In this document: piece by piece, positions 36,056-45,900 of the stretch | How positions within the stretch are numbered: position 1 is the first letter of the stretch | How the letters are laid out: every line of letters starts with the position of its first letter | Assembly (NCBI GenBank): GCA_007280875.1 | Contig: QYQJ01000081.1 | Location: 1 to 47,796, forward strand | Length of the DNA: 47,796 bases | Origin: Bacteroidota bacterium | Lineage (GTDB): Bacteria > Bacteroidota > Bacteroidia > Bacteroidales > FEN-979 | Reading direction: 5' to 3' | The notes under the pieces: model-generated | What the model was told of the DNA's origin: nothing | The model's input: the letters and a program-made list of their open reading frames with translations, nothing else | Databases searched by the model: none | Made by a program: the position numbers and the translations under genes

Positions 36056-36805
36056 GTGAAGATAGTATTCCATTGGTTTTTCAGAGCCGGCAAGGTAGCC
36101 CTCCTTTTTCTTGGATCCGTTGCATTGCTGGGAATTATCCTGGCGTTTACCTCGGCGCCGTTCTGGATATGGTACGGACTGGGAACCGCGAACGCAGACA
36201 TCACCCGGACTCCGGATTATATCGTTGTTCTGGGTGGTAGCGGGATCCCCAGTGAAAGTGGACTGATGCGCACCTTTTATGCCGGAATTGCTGCCACGCA
36301 TTTTCCTGATGCCCTGTTGATCGTAGCCCTTCCCGGCGATACTGCCGACAGTTTGAGCTCCATCAGTAAAATGCGGGACGAACTGTTCCTCCGGGGCATC
36401 CCACCGGAACGGATCCTGCTGGAAGACTCAGGGACCAACACACGGGCGCAGGCCATGCTGATCAGGGAACTGGTTCACAATTACGAATTAAGAATGACGA
36501 ATGACGAATTCAACGGCGATTCCCTGACCCTGTTACTGATCACTTCCCCCGAGCACCTCTACCGTGCTGTGCTGGTATTCAGGAAAGCCGGTTTTAAAAA
36601 TGTGGACGGATTGCCTGCCTTTGAATCAGACATTGAATCCGATATTTCCTTTGCTGCTAAGCGGTTGGGTGGCCGCCGCTGGGTACCTGACGTGGGCGAC
36701 AGCATAACCCTTCGCTACCAGTTCTGGACGCAACTGCAGTATGAGATCCTGATCCTGCGTGAATATTTGGCAATAACCTATTATTGGCTGATGGGGTGGA
36801 TCTAA
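36056..36805 (+). CDS. YdcF/ElyC/SanA (DUF218) family protein
   Basis: N-terminal membrane helix, DYIVVLGGSG, ILLEDSGTNTRAQA, LITSPEHLYRA and LREYLAITYY motifs. Start codon uncertain. Confidence 0.88.
   Translation: MKIVFHWFFRAGKVALLFLGSVALLGIILAFTSAPFWIWYGLGTANADITRTPDYIVVLGGSGIPSESGLMRTFYAGIAATHFPDALLIVALPGDTADSLSSISKMRDELFLRGIPPERILLEDSGTNTRAQAMLIRELVHNYELRMTNDEFNGDSLTLLLITSPEHLYRAVLVFRKAGFKNVDGLPAFESDIESDISFAAKRLGGRRWVPDVGDSITLRYQFWTQLQYEILILREYLAITYYWLMGWI
36479..36513 (+). repeat. In-frame 7-mer array inside the DUF218 gene
   Basis: AATTACG AATTAAG AATGACG AATGACG AATTCAA, read as NYELRMTNDEF; same unit family as the arrays at 25752 and 29209. Confidence 0.85.
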
Positions 36806-37359
36806 TTATAGAGATTCATTGCCCGGTCCACTCCCTGAAGCACAAAGCATTGAATCATTTCCACGGCAGCGTTGATCCTGGGGATCAGCACCTTCTCCTC
36901 CTCTTTGGTCCAGCGGCCCAGCACGTAATCGACCTGGTAACCTTTCGCGAAATCATTTCCTATTCCCACGCGCAGCCTTGGAAAATCCATGGTTCCAAGG
37001 GTTTCAATCAGGCTGATCAGTCCGTTGTGGCCGCCGTCGCTCCCCTTTTTCCGAAGGCGTAAGGTGCCCAGGGGTAAGGCAAGGTCATCAACAATCACCA
37101 GGAGGTTCTCCGGGGCAACCTTCTCTTTGTTCATCCAGTACCTGACCGCTTTCCCGCTCAGGTTCATGAAGGTAGTAGGCTTGATCGCAAGGATGGAACG
37201 GCCTTTCAGGTTTCCTTTTGCAACGGATGCCAACCTGCCTGCAGAAAAAGTGGTTCTCAGGGATAATGCCAGCGCATCCGCCACAATAAAACCGATGTTG
37301 TGGCGGGTGTCGGCGTACTCATCGCCGATGTTGCCCAGACCGACGATTAAAAAGTGCAT
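36802..37359 (-). CDS. pth: Peptidyl-tRNA hydrolase
   Basis: LIVGLGN, TRHNIGF, KPTTFMNLSG, DDL.LP.G.LRLR..GSDGGHNG and RLRVGIG motifs. Confidence 0.97.
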   Translation of the reverse strand: MHFLIVGLGNIGDEYADTRHNIGFIVADALALSLRTTFSAGRLASVAKGNLKGRSILAIKPTTFMNLSGKAVRYWMNKEKVAPENLLVIVDDLALPLGTLRLRKKGSDGGHNGLISLIETLGTMDFPRLRVGIGNDFAKGYQVDYVLGRWTKEEEKVLIPRINAAVEMIQCFVLQGVDRAMNLYN

Positions 37360-37361
37360 GA

Positions 37362-37985
37362 TTATTCTTCAGCGGGCTTGCCGGTCTCTCCTTCTGCACC
37401 TTCAGCCGCCTCTTCAGCACCCTCCTCAACATCCTCAACCACTGCTCTGGCAGAACGGACACCGACGACAACATTCCGGGGTGCATCAAGAAATTCAATG
37501 TGGTCGCGAACCAGATTAGAGATCGTAATGGAATCGCCGATATCGAGGTCGGAGATATTGATCTCAATGAAATCGGGGAGATTTTCCAGCAGTGCTTTGA
37601 TCTTCAGTTTTCTGGCTTTCTTGATCAGACGACCGCCGCGAAGAACTCCCTTGGGAGTTCCCGTCAGCTTCACCGGTACAGCGATGATGATCGGTTTGCT
37701 GTCGAATACCTCCAGGAAATCCACATGAAGAATCCGGTCGGTAACCGGATGATACTGCACATCCTGAACCATAGCATGGTGTTCGTTCCCACCGATATTC
37801 AGCCTGATGATGTACACCTCAGGGGTGAAGATAACTTTTGCAAAGAGCTTTTCATCAGTCAGGAAATGGACCTGCTCTTTGCCGCCATACATGACACAGG
37901 GCACTTTCCCCTCCCTGCGTATCTTTCTGGCATCTTTTTTCCCTACGTTCTCTCTGGGAGAACCGCTCAATGATACCTGTTTCAT
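37362..37985 (-). CDS. rplY: 50S ribosomal protein L25 / Ctc
   Basis: GKKDARKIRREGKVPCVMYG, DVQYHPVTDRILHVDF and PKGVLRGG motifs; prs-rplY-pth order. Confidence 0.96.
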   Translation of the reverse strand: MKQVSLSGSPRENVGKKDARKIRREGKVPCVMYGGKEQVHFLTDEKLFAKVIFTPEVYIIRLNIGGNEHHAMVQDVQYHPVTDRILHVDFLEVFDSKPIIIAVPVKLTGTPKGVLRGGRLIKKARKLKIKALLENLPDFIEINISDLDIGDSITISNLVRDHIEFLDAPRNVVVGVRSARAVVEDVEEGAEEAAEGAEGETGKPAEE

Positions 37986-38016
37986 AATAGGTTTGTGTTT
38001 TGGTTTAACCGAATGC

Positions 38017-38079
38017 GATCCCGGATACCGGATGCCGGATATCTCATGGCTGGTGGCTCATGCCTTGTGCCTTATCCTG
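38017..38079 (-). repeat. Composite 7-mer array, copy 2, in the rplY leader
   Basis: Minus strand reads CAGGATAAGGCACAAGGCATGAGCCACCAGCCATGAGATATCC, then NATCCGG units. It lies downstream of the -7 box TACCTTTG at 38097-38104. Confidence 0.9.
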
Positions 38080-38116
38080 ACCACTGAATCGGGTCGCAAA
38101 GGTAGGAATAATTTTC

Positions 38117-39049
38117 TTAGAATTTAAACAGGGAGGAAATCGATTCCTTCCTTTTAAGGCGGTTGATCACTTCGCCAAAGAGGTCAGCCGTAGTGATAAC
38201 CTTCACTTTGGGGCTCTCCTGGTGGGTTGGGATGGTATCGGTTACTACCAGCTCCTCAAGGGCAGATTTCTCAATGTATTCATAGGCATTCCCCGACAGG
38301 AGGGGATGGACGATCAGCGCACGTATCGTAGCAGCGCCATTCTCTTTCAGCACTTCGGCCGCCCGGCACAGGGTCCCTCCTGTATCCACGATATCGTCGA
38401 GCAGGATTACGTTTTTTCCCTTCACGTCTCCGACCAGGGCCATCCGCTCGATTTCATTGGGCCTGGAGCGGTGCTTGTAACAGATAACAAAATTGGTATG
38501 AAAAAACTTGGCATAGGATCCGGCTCTCCGGGTTCCACCGGTGTCGGGAGAGGCGAAGGTAAGATTTTCGAGGTGCAGGGTTTTCAGGTAGGGAATGAAA
38601 ACAGATGATGCATAAAGGTGGTCTACAGGTACGTCAAAGAAGCCCTGGATCTGGTCAGCATGCAAATCCATGGTGATGATACGGGTTACACCTGCCGCCA
38701 TCAGCAAGTTGGCTATCAGTTTGGAAGCGATGGAGACACGGGGCTTGTCTTTCCGGTCCTGGCGCGCGAACCCGAAATAGGGAATCACCGCCACAATAGT
38801 ACGGGCAGAGGCGCGGCGGGCAGCATCGATCATCATCAGGAGTTCCATCAGGTTGTCTGATGGAGCAAACGTGGATTGAACCAGGAACACATCAGTTCCA
38901 CGGATGTTTTCATCGAAAGATGGCTGGAATTCCCCGTCAGCAAAATTGACTACAGACATTTTTCCCAGCTCGGTCCCGTATGCCTGGGCTATTTTTTCAC
39001 CCAGATACCGGGATGTTCTTCCTGCAAAGATTTTGACTTTAACTGACAT
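38117..39049 (-). CDS. prs: Ribose-phosphate pyrophosphokinase
   Basis: FADGE, PYFGFARQDRK, MDLHADQIQGFF, SPDTGG and LDDIVDTGGTL motifs. -7 box TATTTTTG at 39075-39082. Confidence 0.97.
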   Translation of the reverse strand: MSVKVKIFAGRTSRYLGEKIAQAYGTELGKMSVVNFADGEFQPSFDENIRGTDVFLVQSTFAPSDNLMELLMMIDAARRASARTIVAVIPYFGFARQDRKDKPRVSIASKLIANLLMAAGVTRIITMDLHADQIQGFFDVPVDHLYASSVFIPYLKTLHLENLTFASPDTGGTRRAGSYAKFFHTNFVICYKHRSRPNEIERMALVGDVKGKNVILLDDIVDTGGTLCRAAEVLKENGAATIRALIVHPLLSGNAYEYIEKSALEELVVTDTIPTHQESPKVKVITTADLFGEVINRLKRKESISSLFKF

Positions 39050-39147
39050 GCATGAAAACCGTTTGAATGAAATTCAAAAATACGGGATTTGGGGACAGGA
39101 TGCAAGGTTTTTTTGTGAACACCCGGTTCAGAAGCAATGTTTTTGCA

Positions 39148-40008
39148 TTACAGATAGGTTTGCAAAACGGTCGACCGGGAAGCATGTTTCAGCTTTCTGA
39201 TAGCCTTTTCTTTGATCTGGCGAACTCGTTCGCGGGTCAGGTCAAACCGTTCGGCAATTTCTTCAGCGGTTAGCAAAGGGGTTCCGTCCAACCCGTAAGA
39301 GGAACGGATGATTTCGGCTTCCCGGAGGGTGAGAGAGGAAACCGCCCGCTCAATCTCAATCCTCAGCGATTCAACCAACAATCCACGGTCTGGTCGGGAG
39401 TTTTCATCACCCTGGATGGTGTCGCACATCGTGATCGTTTCATTCTGAATCAGCGGAGCATCGATGGAGACATGGCGTCCGGAATTTTTCATGCATTCCC
39501 GCACTTCATTTTCAGAGAGATCCAGTATCCCGGCCATTTCCGACACCTCGGAATCCCGCTCCCACTGTTGTTCAAAGCGAACGTTTGCATGATGGATCTT
39601 GCTGATGGATCCGATTTTATTCAACGGGAGTCTGACAATGCGCGACTGTTCCGCCAGCGCTTGCAAGATGGCTTGCCGGATCCACCAAACAGCGTAAGAG
39701 ATGAATTTAAATCCCCGTGTTTCATCAAACCGCTTGGCAGCCTTCATCAGGCCAAGGTTTCCCTCGTTGATCAGATCAGAAAGGCTTAAACCCCGGTTCT
39801 GGTATTGTTTGGAGACAGAGACCACAAACCGCAGGTTTGCCCTTGTCAGTTTTTGCAGAGCCTCCGGGTCACCCTGTCGGATCTGCTGTGCCAGGAGTAC
39901 CTCTTCTTCCACCGAGATCATGTCAACTTTCCCGATCTCCTGCAAATATTTATCCATCGAAGCAGTTTCCCGGTTGGTAAGTTGCTTTGTGATGACTAAT
40001 TGCCTCAT
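39148..40008 (-). CDS. RpoD/SigA-family sigma-70 factor, Bacteroidota type without region 1.1
   Basis: ANLRFVVSVSKQYQ, DLINEGNLGL.KAA.RFDETRGFKFISYAVWWIRQ and LTRERVRQIKEKA motifs. -7 box TACCTTTG at 40137-40144. Confidence 0.92.
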   Translation of the reverse strand: MRQLVITKQLTNRETASMDKYLQEIGKVDMISVEEEVLLAQQIRQGDPEALQKLTRANLRFVVSVSKQYQNRGLSLSDLINEGNLGLMKAAKRFDETRGFKFISYAVWWIRQAILQALAEQSRIVRLPLNKIGSISKIHHANVRFEQQWERDSEVSEMAGILDLSENEVRECMKNSGRHVSIDAPLIQNETITMCDTIQGDENSRPDRGLLVESLRIEIERAVSSLTLREAEIIRSSYGLDGTPLLTAEEIAERFDLTRERVRQIKEKAIRKLKHASRSTVLQTYL

Positions 40009-40279
40009 TAGAACTCCTTTTTTAGGGCATCTTTTTGCCCGGTTTCATTCCGGGCCATCATGGGGAGTACAATACGCTCAATGCCTGCCTGAAGGAGAAA
40101 GGGATTGAATCATACCCAGGGGGTGTCAGAATTCTTCAAAGGTAGTGATAATCCCAATACCAGGAGCCTATTAATTCTATATCGATTCAAAGAGCCGTGA
40201 ATACCTGCTAATTACCAGTTTCTTGCCAACCGGACTTTCGTGACCGGCAATGATCATTCAGGGTGAGGGGAGATGGTAT

Positions 40280-40310
40280 TTTGGAAATGTGGATGAAATG
40301 CATAATTTTG
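40280..40310 (+). promoter_or_regulatory. tRNA promoter
   Basis: TTTG (40280-40283), 19-bp spacer, TAATTTTG (40303-40310): full Bacteroidota -33/-7 consensus. Confidence 0.75.
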
Positions 40311-40320
40311 CAGGCCATTT

Positions 40321-40404
40321 GCCCTGATGGCGGAACTGGTAGACGCGCTGGTCTCAAAAACCAGTGGGGTAATTCCCGTGCCGGTTCGATTCCGGCTCAG
40401 GGTA
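40321..40404 (+). tRNA. tRNA-Leu (CAA)
   Basis: Acceptor stem GCCCTGA/TCAGGGT with discriminator A; anticodon arm CTGGT-CTCAAAA-ACCAG; long variable arm; T arm GCCGG-TTCGATT-CCGGC; CCA not encoded. Confidence 0.96.
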
Positions 40405-40420
40405 CAAAGACAAGCTGCAA

Positions 40421-40459
40421 GACGACCGAAAACACTGATGTTCTCGGTCGTTTGTTTTT
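40421..40459 (+). terminator. Probable intrinsic terminator after the tRNA
   Basis: Stem ACGACCGAAAACA-CTGA-TGTTCTCGGTCGT followed by TTGTTTTT. Confidence 0.65.
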
Positions 40460-40495
40460 CAGACCGTTGCTTATTGGAGAACAGGAATGGACTGT

Positions 40496-42472
40496 TTATA
40501 TAATGTTAAAACCCATCTCTTTGAGGTATTCAAATGTCGAATTATAAAAAGATGGATTCCGTGTTGGATCCTCGGGATCTCCCTCTGGTACCACAATCAC
40601 CATCCCTTGTCGTGCACGTGTTAGCAAGACTCGATATGCGTTTTTTAAATATTGTTTACGTGTCGCTTTTTTAATATGGGTCCATTTATCTCCAATAAAT
40701 GACCAATGCTCCCAACCATTTCTCGAGTATCTGAAATCGGCGTCCCAAACAACACATACCCAGTCAAGTTCTAATCCTTGAATATGAAATTCTGTTGCAA
40801 CATCTTCTAAATAATACGAAGAACGAACATCCTGCTTTTCATCAAGGAACCAATGAATAGGATCCATTGGAGATTTTATATCTATCGCATAAGGCTTAAG
40901 CCTTATTGCCTGAGAAGAGACAACGATTCCATATCTTTCAGTGCCTCTCGCTTGCTTCTTTAACCATTTTTTGCCGGAAATTAGATTGCGTGTAACAACG
41001 ATTGGGTAATTTGGACTTAATTGTTTACGAAGTAAAACGGATTCTTCAAAATTGACATCTAGAATAGTCTTTACCAATAATGAAACATTTTCAGCCCTAA
41101 ATGAACGCATTGAAATAGCCAAATGTAATTCCTCCTTATAAACCACATTCAATCGGTTATTTAACGATTTTAATATTTCACTAGCATTATATTCACTATC
41201 ATTCATCCTTTCGGAGATGTAAACATGCCAGTCTGGGTATGATCGTTCAAGTGCTTCAATCCATTCGCTAATTCCAGCTTCACCTGTATTGATTTCCTGG
41301 CCTCCACCAACCAGACATATGATTACAGCCCAATCACTATGTCTATCTAAGCAAGAAATAAGGAAGTCTGGTTCCGATTTATTGAACCCTGCTATTCCTT
41401 TTTTTACTCGCATGAATTTTGATGTTTGTTTGATATTCCATGCGCGTTGGGCCTCATCGAATAAAGTGACATGTTCAATAGGAGGTTTAAAAGGATCAAT
41501 AAGACATTCATCTCGGAAATGATGAATGTTCTGGATAAATGCTTTCACTTCACTTCTCGCTTGCCCAATCCTTAATTTTGCAAGACTATCTCTCACACGA
41601 AATACTCTATCTCTTGCCAATGCTTCACGTAAAATGGCAACTAATGGGCCATTTCCGGACAGAAAGACGCTATATAAAGCATTTGATTGATCAAAGTGAG
41701 TAGTTGCGATATTGAGGCCAACCAGTGTTTTTCCAGCCCCAGGTACTCCAGTTACAAAACAAATTGATTTTTGAGAATTTTCTTTTGAAAACCGAATGAT
41801 TTGAGTAACTGCGTCAGACGTCTTGGTAAGGTTAATGGCGCTTGCATCATTTCTTGAAATTTCGGTTACGGAGTGGCCATTATATAAAGCCATGGCCGCT
41901 TCAATAATGGTTGGCGTCGGACAGTATCGACCTTTTTCCCAAGATGAAGAATCAATTGCTACTCCGTCAGAGAATGATAAAACTGCCTTTATAACTTCGG
42001 GGAAGCTTTTCACATTGCTCCTAATTGGCAGAATGGTTTTATCAAACTCCGGAGTAACCGATATCGATAAAAATTCAACAGCTGCCCTTGTTGAAATAAG
42101 AACCGGAGCGATAATTTGATCATGACTTGTTTCATGAAAATTTTTAAGGTCTAGAGCATAATCCCAAACCTGGTCAATCGCATACGAAGGGAATTCAGAC
42201 TCGCCAATTTTAAATTCAAGAACAAAGATGACCGACCCAATGATAAGAAGAACATCAACACGTTTCCCCATACGGGGAATACTATACTCGAAATAAATAA
42301 CACCTTGAAATGGTCGAAGTGTTTCTTTAAGTATTTTGATCTCCTCTATCCATGCGTCACGTTGAGTTTGAAGAAGTGTAAATTCATTTTGTTTCTCTAT
42401 GTTTCCAAGAATTGCATCTGATGGTGTTTCTAAAAATATATTGATGGGTGCTGAGTAATATGAGCGGAGCAT
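40496..42472 (-). CDS. DUF2075 (Schlafen group 3-like) helicase with an N-terminal PD-(D/E)xK-like domain
   Basis: [15 protein letters not shown]....[38 protein letters not shown] and [14 protein letters not shown] motifs. Own TTTG-N19-TATTTTTG promoter at 42493-42523. Confidence 0.85.
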   Translation of the reverse strand: MLRSYYSAPINIFLETPSDAILGNIEKQNEFTLLQTQRDAWIEEIKILKETLRPFQGVIYFEYSIPRMGKRVDVLLIIGSVIFVLEFKIGESEFPSYAIDQVWDYALDLKNFHETSHDQIIAPVLISTRAAVEFLSISVTPEFDKTILPIRSNVKSFPEVIKAVLSFSDGVAIDSSSWEKGRYCPTPTIIEAAMALYNGHSVTEISRNDASAINLTKTSDAVTQIIRFSKENSQKSICFVTGVPGAGKTLVGLNIATTHFDQSNALYSVFLSGNGPLVAILREALARDRVFRVRDSLAKLRIGQARSEVKAFIQNIHHFRDECLIDPFKPPIEHVTLFDEAQRAWNIKQTSKFMRVKKGIAGFNKSEPDFLISCLDRHSDWAVIICLVGGGQEINTGEAGISEWIEALERSYPDWHVYISERMNDSEYNASEILKSLNNRLNVVYKEELHLAISMRSFRAENVSLLVKTILDVNFEESVLLRKQLSPNYPIVVTRNLISGKKWLKKQARGTERYGIVVSSQAIRLKPYAIDIKSPMDPIHWFLDEKQDVRSSYYLEDVATEFHIQGLELDWVCVVWDADFRYSRNGWEHWSFIGDKWTHIKKATRKQYLKNAYRVLLTRARQGMVIVVPEGDPEDPTRNPSFYNSTFEYLKEMGFNII

Positions 42473-42559
42473 TAATCTTTTTTTTGTTAGGTCAAAAATA
42501 CCTCGTTTTTACATTCTTTCAAACCGTTTGTGAATTTAAAGATCGCTTCTTTTAATCAA

Positions 42560-42960
42560 ATGTTGGTTCCAAAGGTGCTGATTTCTATCGTTTCTCAACA
42601 AAAAGATTTAATTGCTCTTAGCACAGAGGTAAAGGAAAGAAATATAGATTTTAAAAAGCATTTCAAAATACCTGAACACCTGAGGGATATCTACCAAAGC
42701 CCTATTCAGCACCCACTGAAGAGCTGGTCAGGAATGAAATTGAATCACTCATGGCGGAATTCAAGAAATTTGATCTGTCGGAATACATCGATCTGTATAA
42801 ACAGAAGACCTACGCCTTATTTAAGTACGATTACAGTTTCGACCGGTACGTGAAGCCAGAAGTAAAAAAGTTTTGCAAAGACTGGTGTTTCAAGTTCAAC
42901 TTTGCAAATAATGCCCTGAAGAAGATTTTAGAGCTCAAGGCTGAAAATCCGACTGCGTAA
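42560..42960 (+). pseudogene. Frameshifted gene remnant of unknown function
   Basis: ORF 42751-42960 stays open upstream (YLPKPYSAPTEELVRNEIESL) and overlaps a protein-like ORF in another frame (DFKKHFKIPEHLRD). Confidence 0.35.
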
Positions 42961-42979
42961 GTAAGCATACTCTACACTT

Positions 42980-45900
42980 TTACACTAATCTTTCCTCAAG
43001 CAAATCCTTCCAAAGGATAAATCCTTTCTGCTCGTCTGAATAATCATGTAAGACACGACTAAAATTCGCTGGCTGTAAATCGAGAAAGGCTTGACGTCCA
43101 TCATTACGGATAATGTTCAGTTGATGATCAACGACATGCAGCTGGTTGCGAAATTCTTGCTTGTTTTTGTCCATATGCCACAGATATGTTGCTTCCCTGG
43201 TATCAAGTGTTTCCATAACCAGATGATATTGTTTGTCACCGGCTAAAAGAAAAACAAACGAAAACGGGTTCAGGACAAACCGAAGTTTGAGCATAGCGCT
43301 TTCGTGCTGTTCGGCTAAGTATCTGAGTTGCCGGTAATGAATTACTTTTTTGCTTTTTAAAAGATCATCAAGCAGTTGTTCTCCGAATTCATATAATGAA
43401 GATCTGCCATCCTGCTGATTTTGAAGCTGATCTATATCCAATAAGTTAGTCTTGGACTTATTAGAACTACTCCAATGAATGAACCTCGATGCAAATCTGA
43501 ACCGGGCAACTTCAATAATTTCTCTGTTAATTTTCCCCAGGTCGGAAGATGTTGCCAATTGGGAGACCAGTGTATTGTTTTGAAATTCAGCCTGGATAAG
43601 AATGGTGACCTTCTTTTTTTTCAGGATCTTTGAAAAATAGGGTTTCAATACATCAAATTCAGGACGGACTTGGTCATTCTCAATTTCAAATTCCAGTTCC
43701 TGGTTTGTTTCAGGGATTAAGTGTCGGAAGGCAATAGTCCCATATCTGAATTCAAGATCAGCTATATTCACTGTGATTGGTTCTTCAATGGATACTGTCA
43801 GATCTCCTGATTGAATGTCAGGTTCCGGCTCATCGAATAATGAAGCCTGCTTCTCAAGTTTTCGATAATAGGTATTCCGTTTCAGAAACAATTTATTCAG
43901 GTAATCGATTTTATAATCCCTGTAATCATAAATGACCGGGGATATCTCTGATCTTTGTACCCTTCCGATATATTGCACTAACTTTCCCTGGAAGGAAAAC
44001 GGGTAAACAAGAAACAACCGATCCACATGTTGAATATCAATACCCTCTCCAAAAAATTGACCTGTTGTGATCAGAACCTGGAAATTTCCCTCTTTGAGTA
44101 ATTTCCATTTCATAATTCGGCTGCTTTCCGGGTCATCCCCGGATAGTGCAATCGTTTCATACGATTGTTTGAGAAATTGGTTCAATGAATCGATATGTTC
44201 TTTCCTTTCCGTAATGATGATGACCTTTTTCCCCGAAGTCAGCTCTGAAATCACATCTTTTAGAATCAACCGGTTCCGCGCAGAATCATGGACCAGGATC
44301 TTTGACAATGTTTCGAACTTATCTGTTTTTGAATTGAACGGAACATCAAGATCTGTGTTTCGGACGATGATTTTTGCAGTCTTCAGCGTCGAAATGTCCG
44401 GCGCATTAATTTCAGAAATAATTTCCCCGAGATGGATAAAAATCAGTTTCCCGTCATTGTACTTCCGAAAAGGTGTGGCAGTTAAACCGTACAAATAAAA
44501 TGAGGATAATTTCCCAATGGTGTTTCTATACGATTCTGCCGGTATGTGGTGACACTCATCAACAATGACCGTCCCGAACTTATTCTTGATATCATTTGAA
44601 TCTGAGCTGTCAAGCATCTTTGATAAACTCTGGATCAAGGCTACGGTAATTATATGACCAGTTTTCCCTTTCCCTTGCCCGATTTTCCCGATGTCATTTT
44701 TTGGGATACCCAAAAATGCTTGGATTCTCTCAATCCATTGTTCGGCCAGTTGTTTCCTGTGGACGATAATTAGGGCTGGCAGTTGTTTTTCAGCAATGAT
44801 CTTCAGCCCGACAATGGTCTTTCCTGTTCCCGGAGGTGCGACAATGACGCCCATGTCTTTCCTTGCGGCTGCCTCCAAAGCTTTTTTTTGATGTTCCCTG
44901 AGTTGAACATCCATGGTAAAAGAAACAGGTGCTCCTTTCTTCCTTTCATCCAGGAAATCATATTCAATGTGATTATCTCTGCAAAACCGAAGAAGGCGGC
45001 CAGCCATTCCTTTGGGGATGATAACATAGTCATCTCTTTCTTCAATGAAATTGAAATACCTTTCTGATCCCCAGGTGCGTTTACCAAGTTTCTTTTTGAT
45101 AATGAACTCACTGCTCAGGAAATTAAGCTCTTCCCTGAGAAAGTTAATCAGAGGCAAAGGCATGCCACTTCTGGTTATTCTAAGTGTATTGTCAAGTACT
45201 AATGTGATTTTATCAGGATCCGTGGATGGTTGATATTCTCCATCTTTCTTTAAATCCGCTTTGGCGGAATACTGTTTATAGAGTTGATCCAGTAATGACA
45301 AGGGAACTCTTTGAATACGTTGCAGAAACTCCCATTGATCGGCATAAGGCTCCACGGATTGGCTCCGCCGAACTCCGCTTCGCTTTGGTTCCGGATCGAT
45401 AAAACAGTTATTTCCCTTTTCTAAACAGAATTTATTCAATGGCAGAGCAATCAGGTTACCAAATCCTTTTCCCGAAAGGGCGTCCTGATTGGGAAATAGC
45501 CTATCAAAGCTTGAATTCTTATCAAAGGTCGAGAATAATCCAATTTTCTCGAGTAGCTTTATAATGATCTTTCTGCTTTTCGCCGCCGGATAAGGTCGTT
45601 CAAAAAACAACCAGACATGACCTCCTTTTCCTGACCGGGATCTTTCAAGGTAGGCAGGTATTCCTTGCTCCTCGCAACATTTGAGGAAGGCTCTGCATTC
45701 CTCCAGCCAATTTGATTTATCAAAATCAGCTGCAATAAACCAGGAAGTGTTGTCTTTCAGCAAGGGGTAGATTCCAATGAAATGGCCCCCATTAAGGTGT
45801 TTGAGAATTTGTTCATTTGTAAGCGCACTAAGCTGCTTATCTGGATAAGTCTGGATCGTTCCTCCTTTGATTTTATGGAGGCGGAACTGGTATGGATCAA

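Noticed and set aside
6652-38079. Tandem arrays as CRISPR arrays
   Set aside because: Units are 7-11 nt, directly abutting, with no unique spacers and no cas genes in the window.
40263-40547. 94-aa ORF
   Set aside because: It overlaps tRNA-Leu, its promoter and its terminator.
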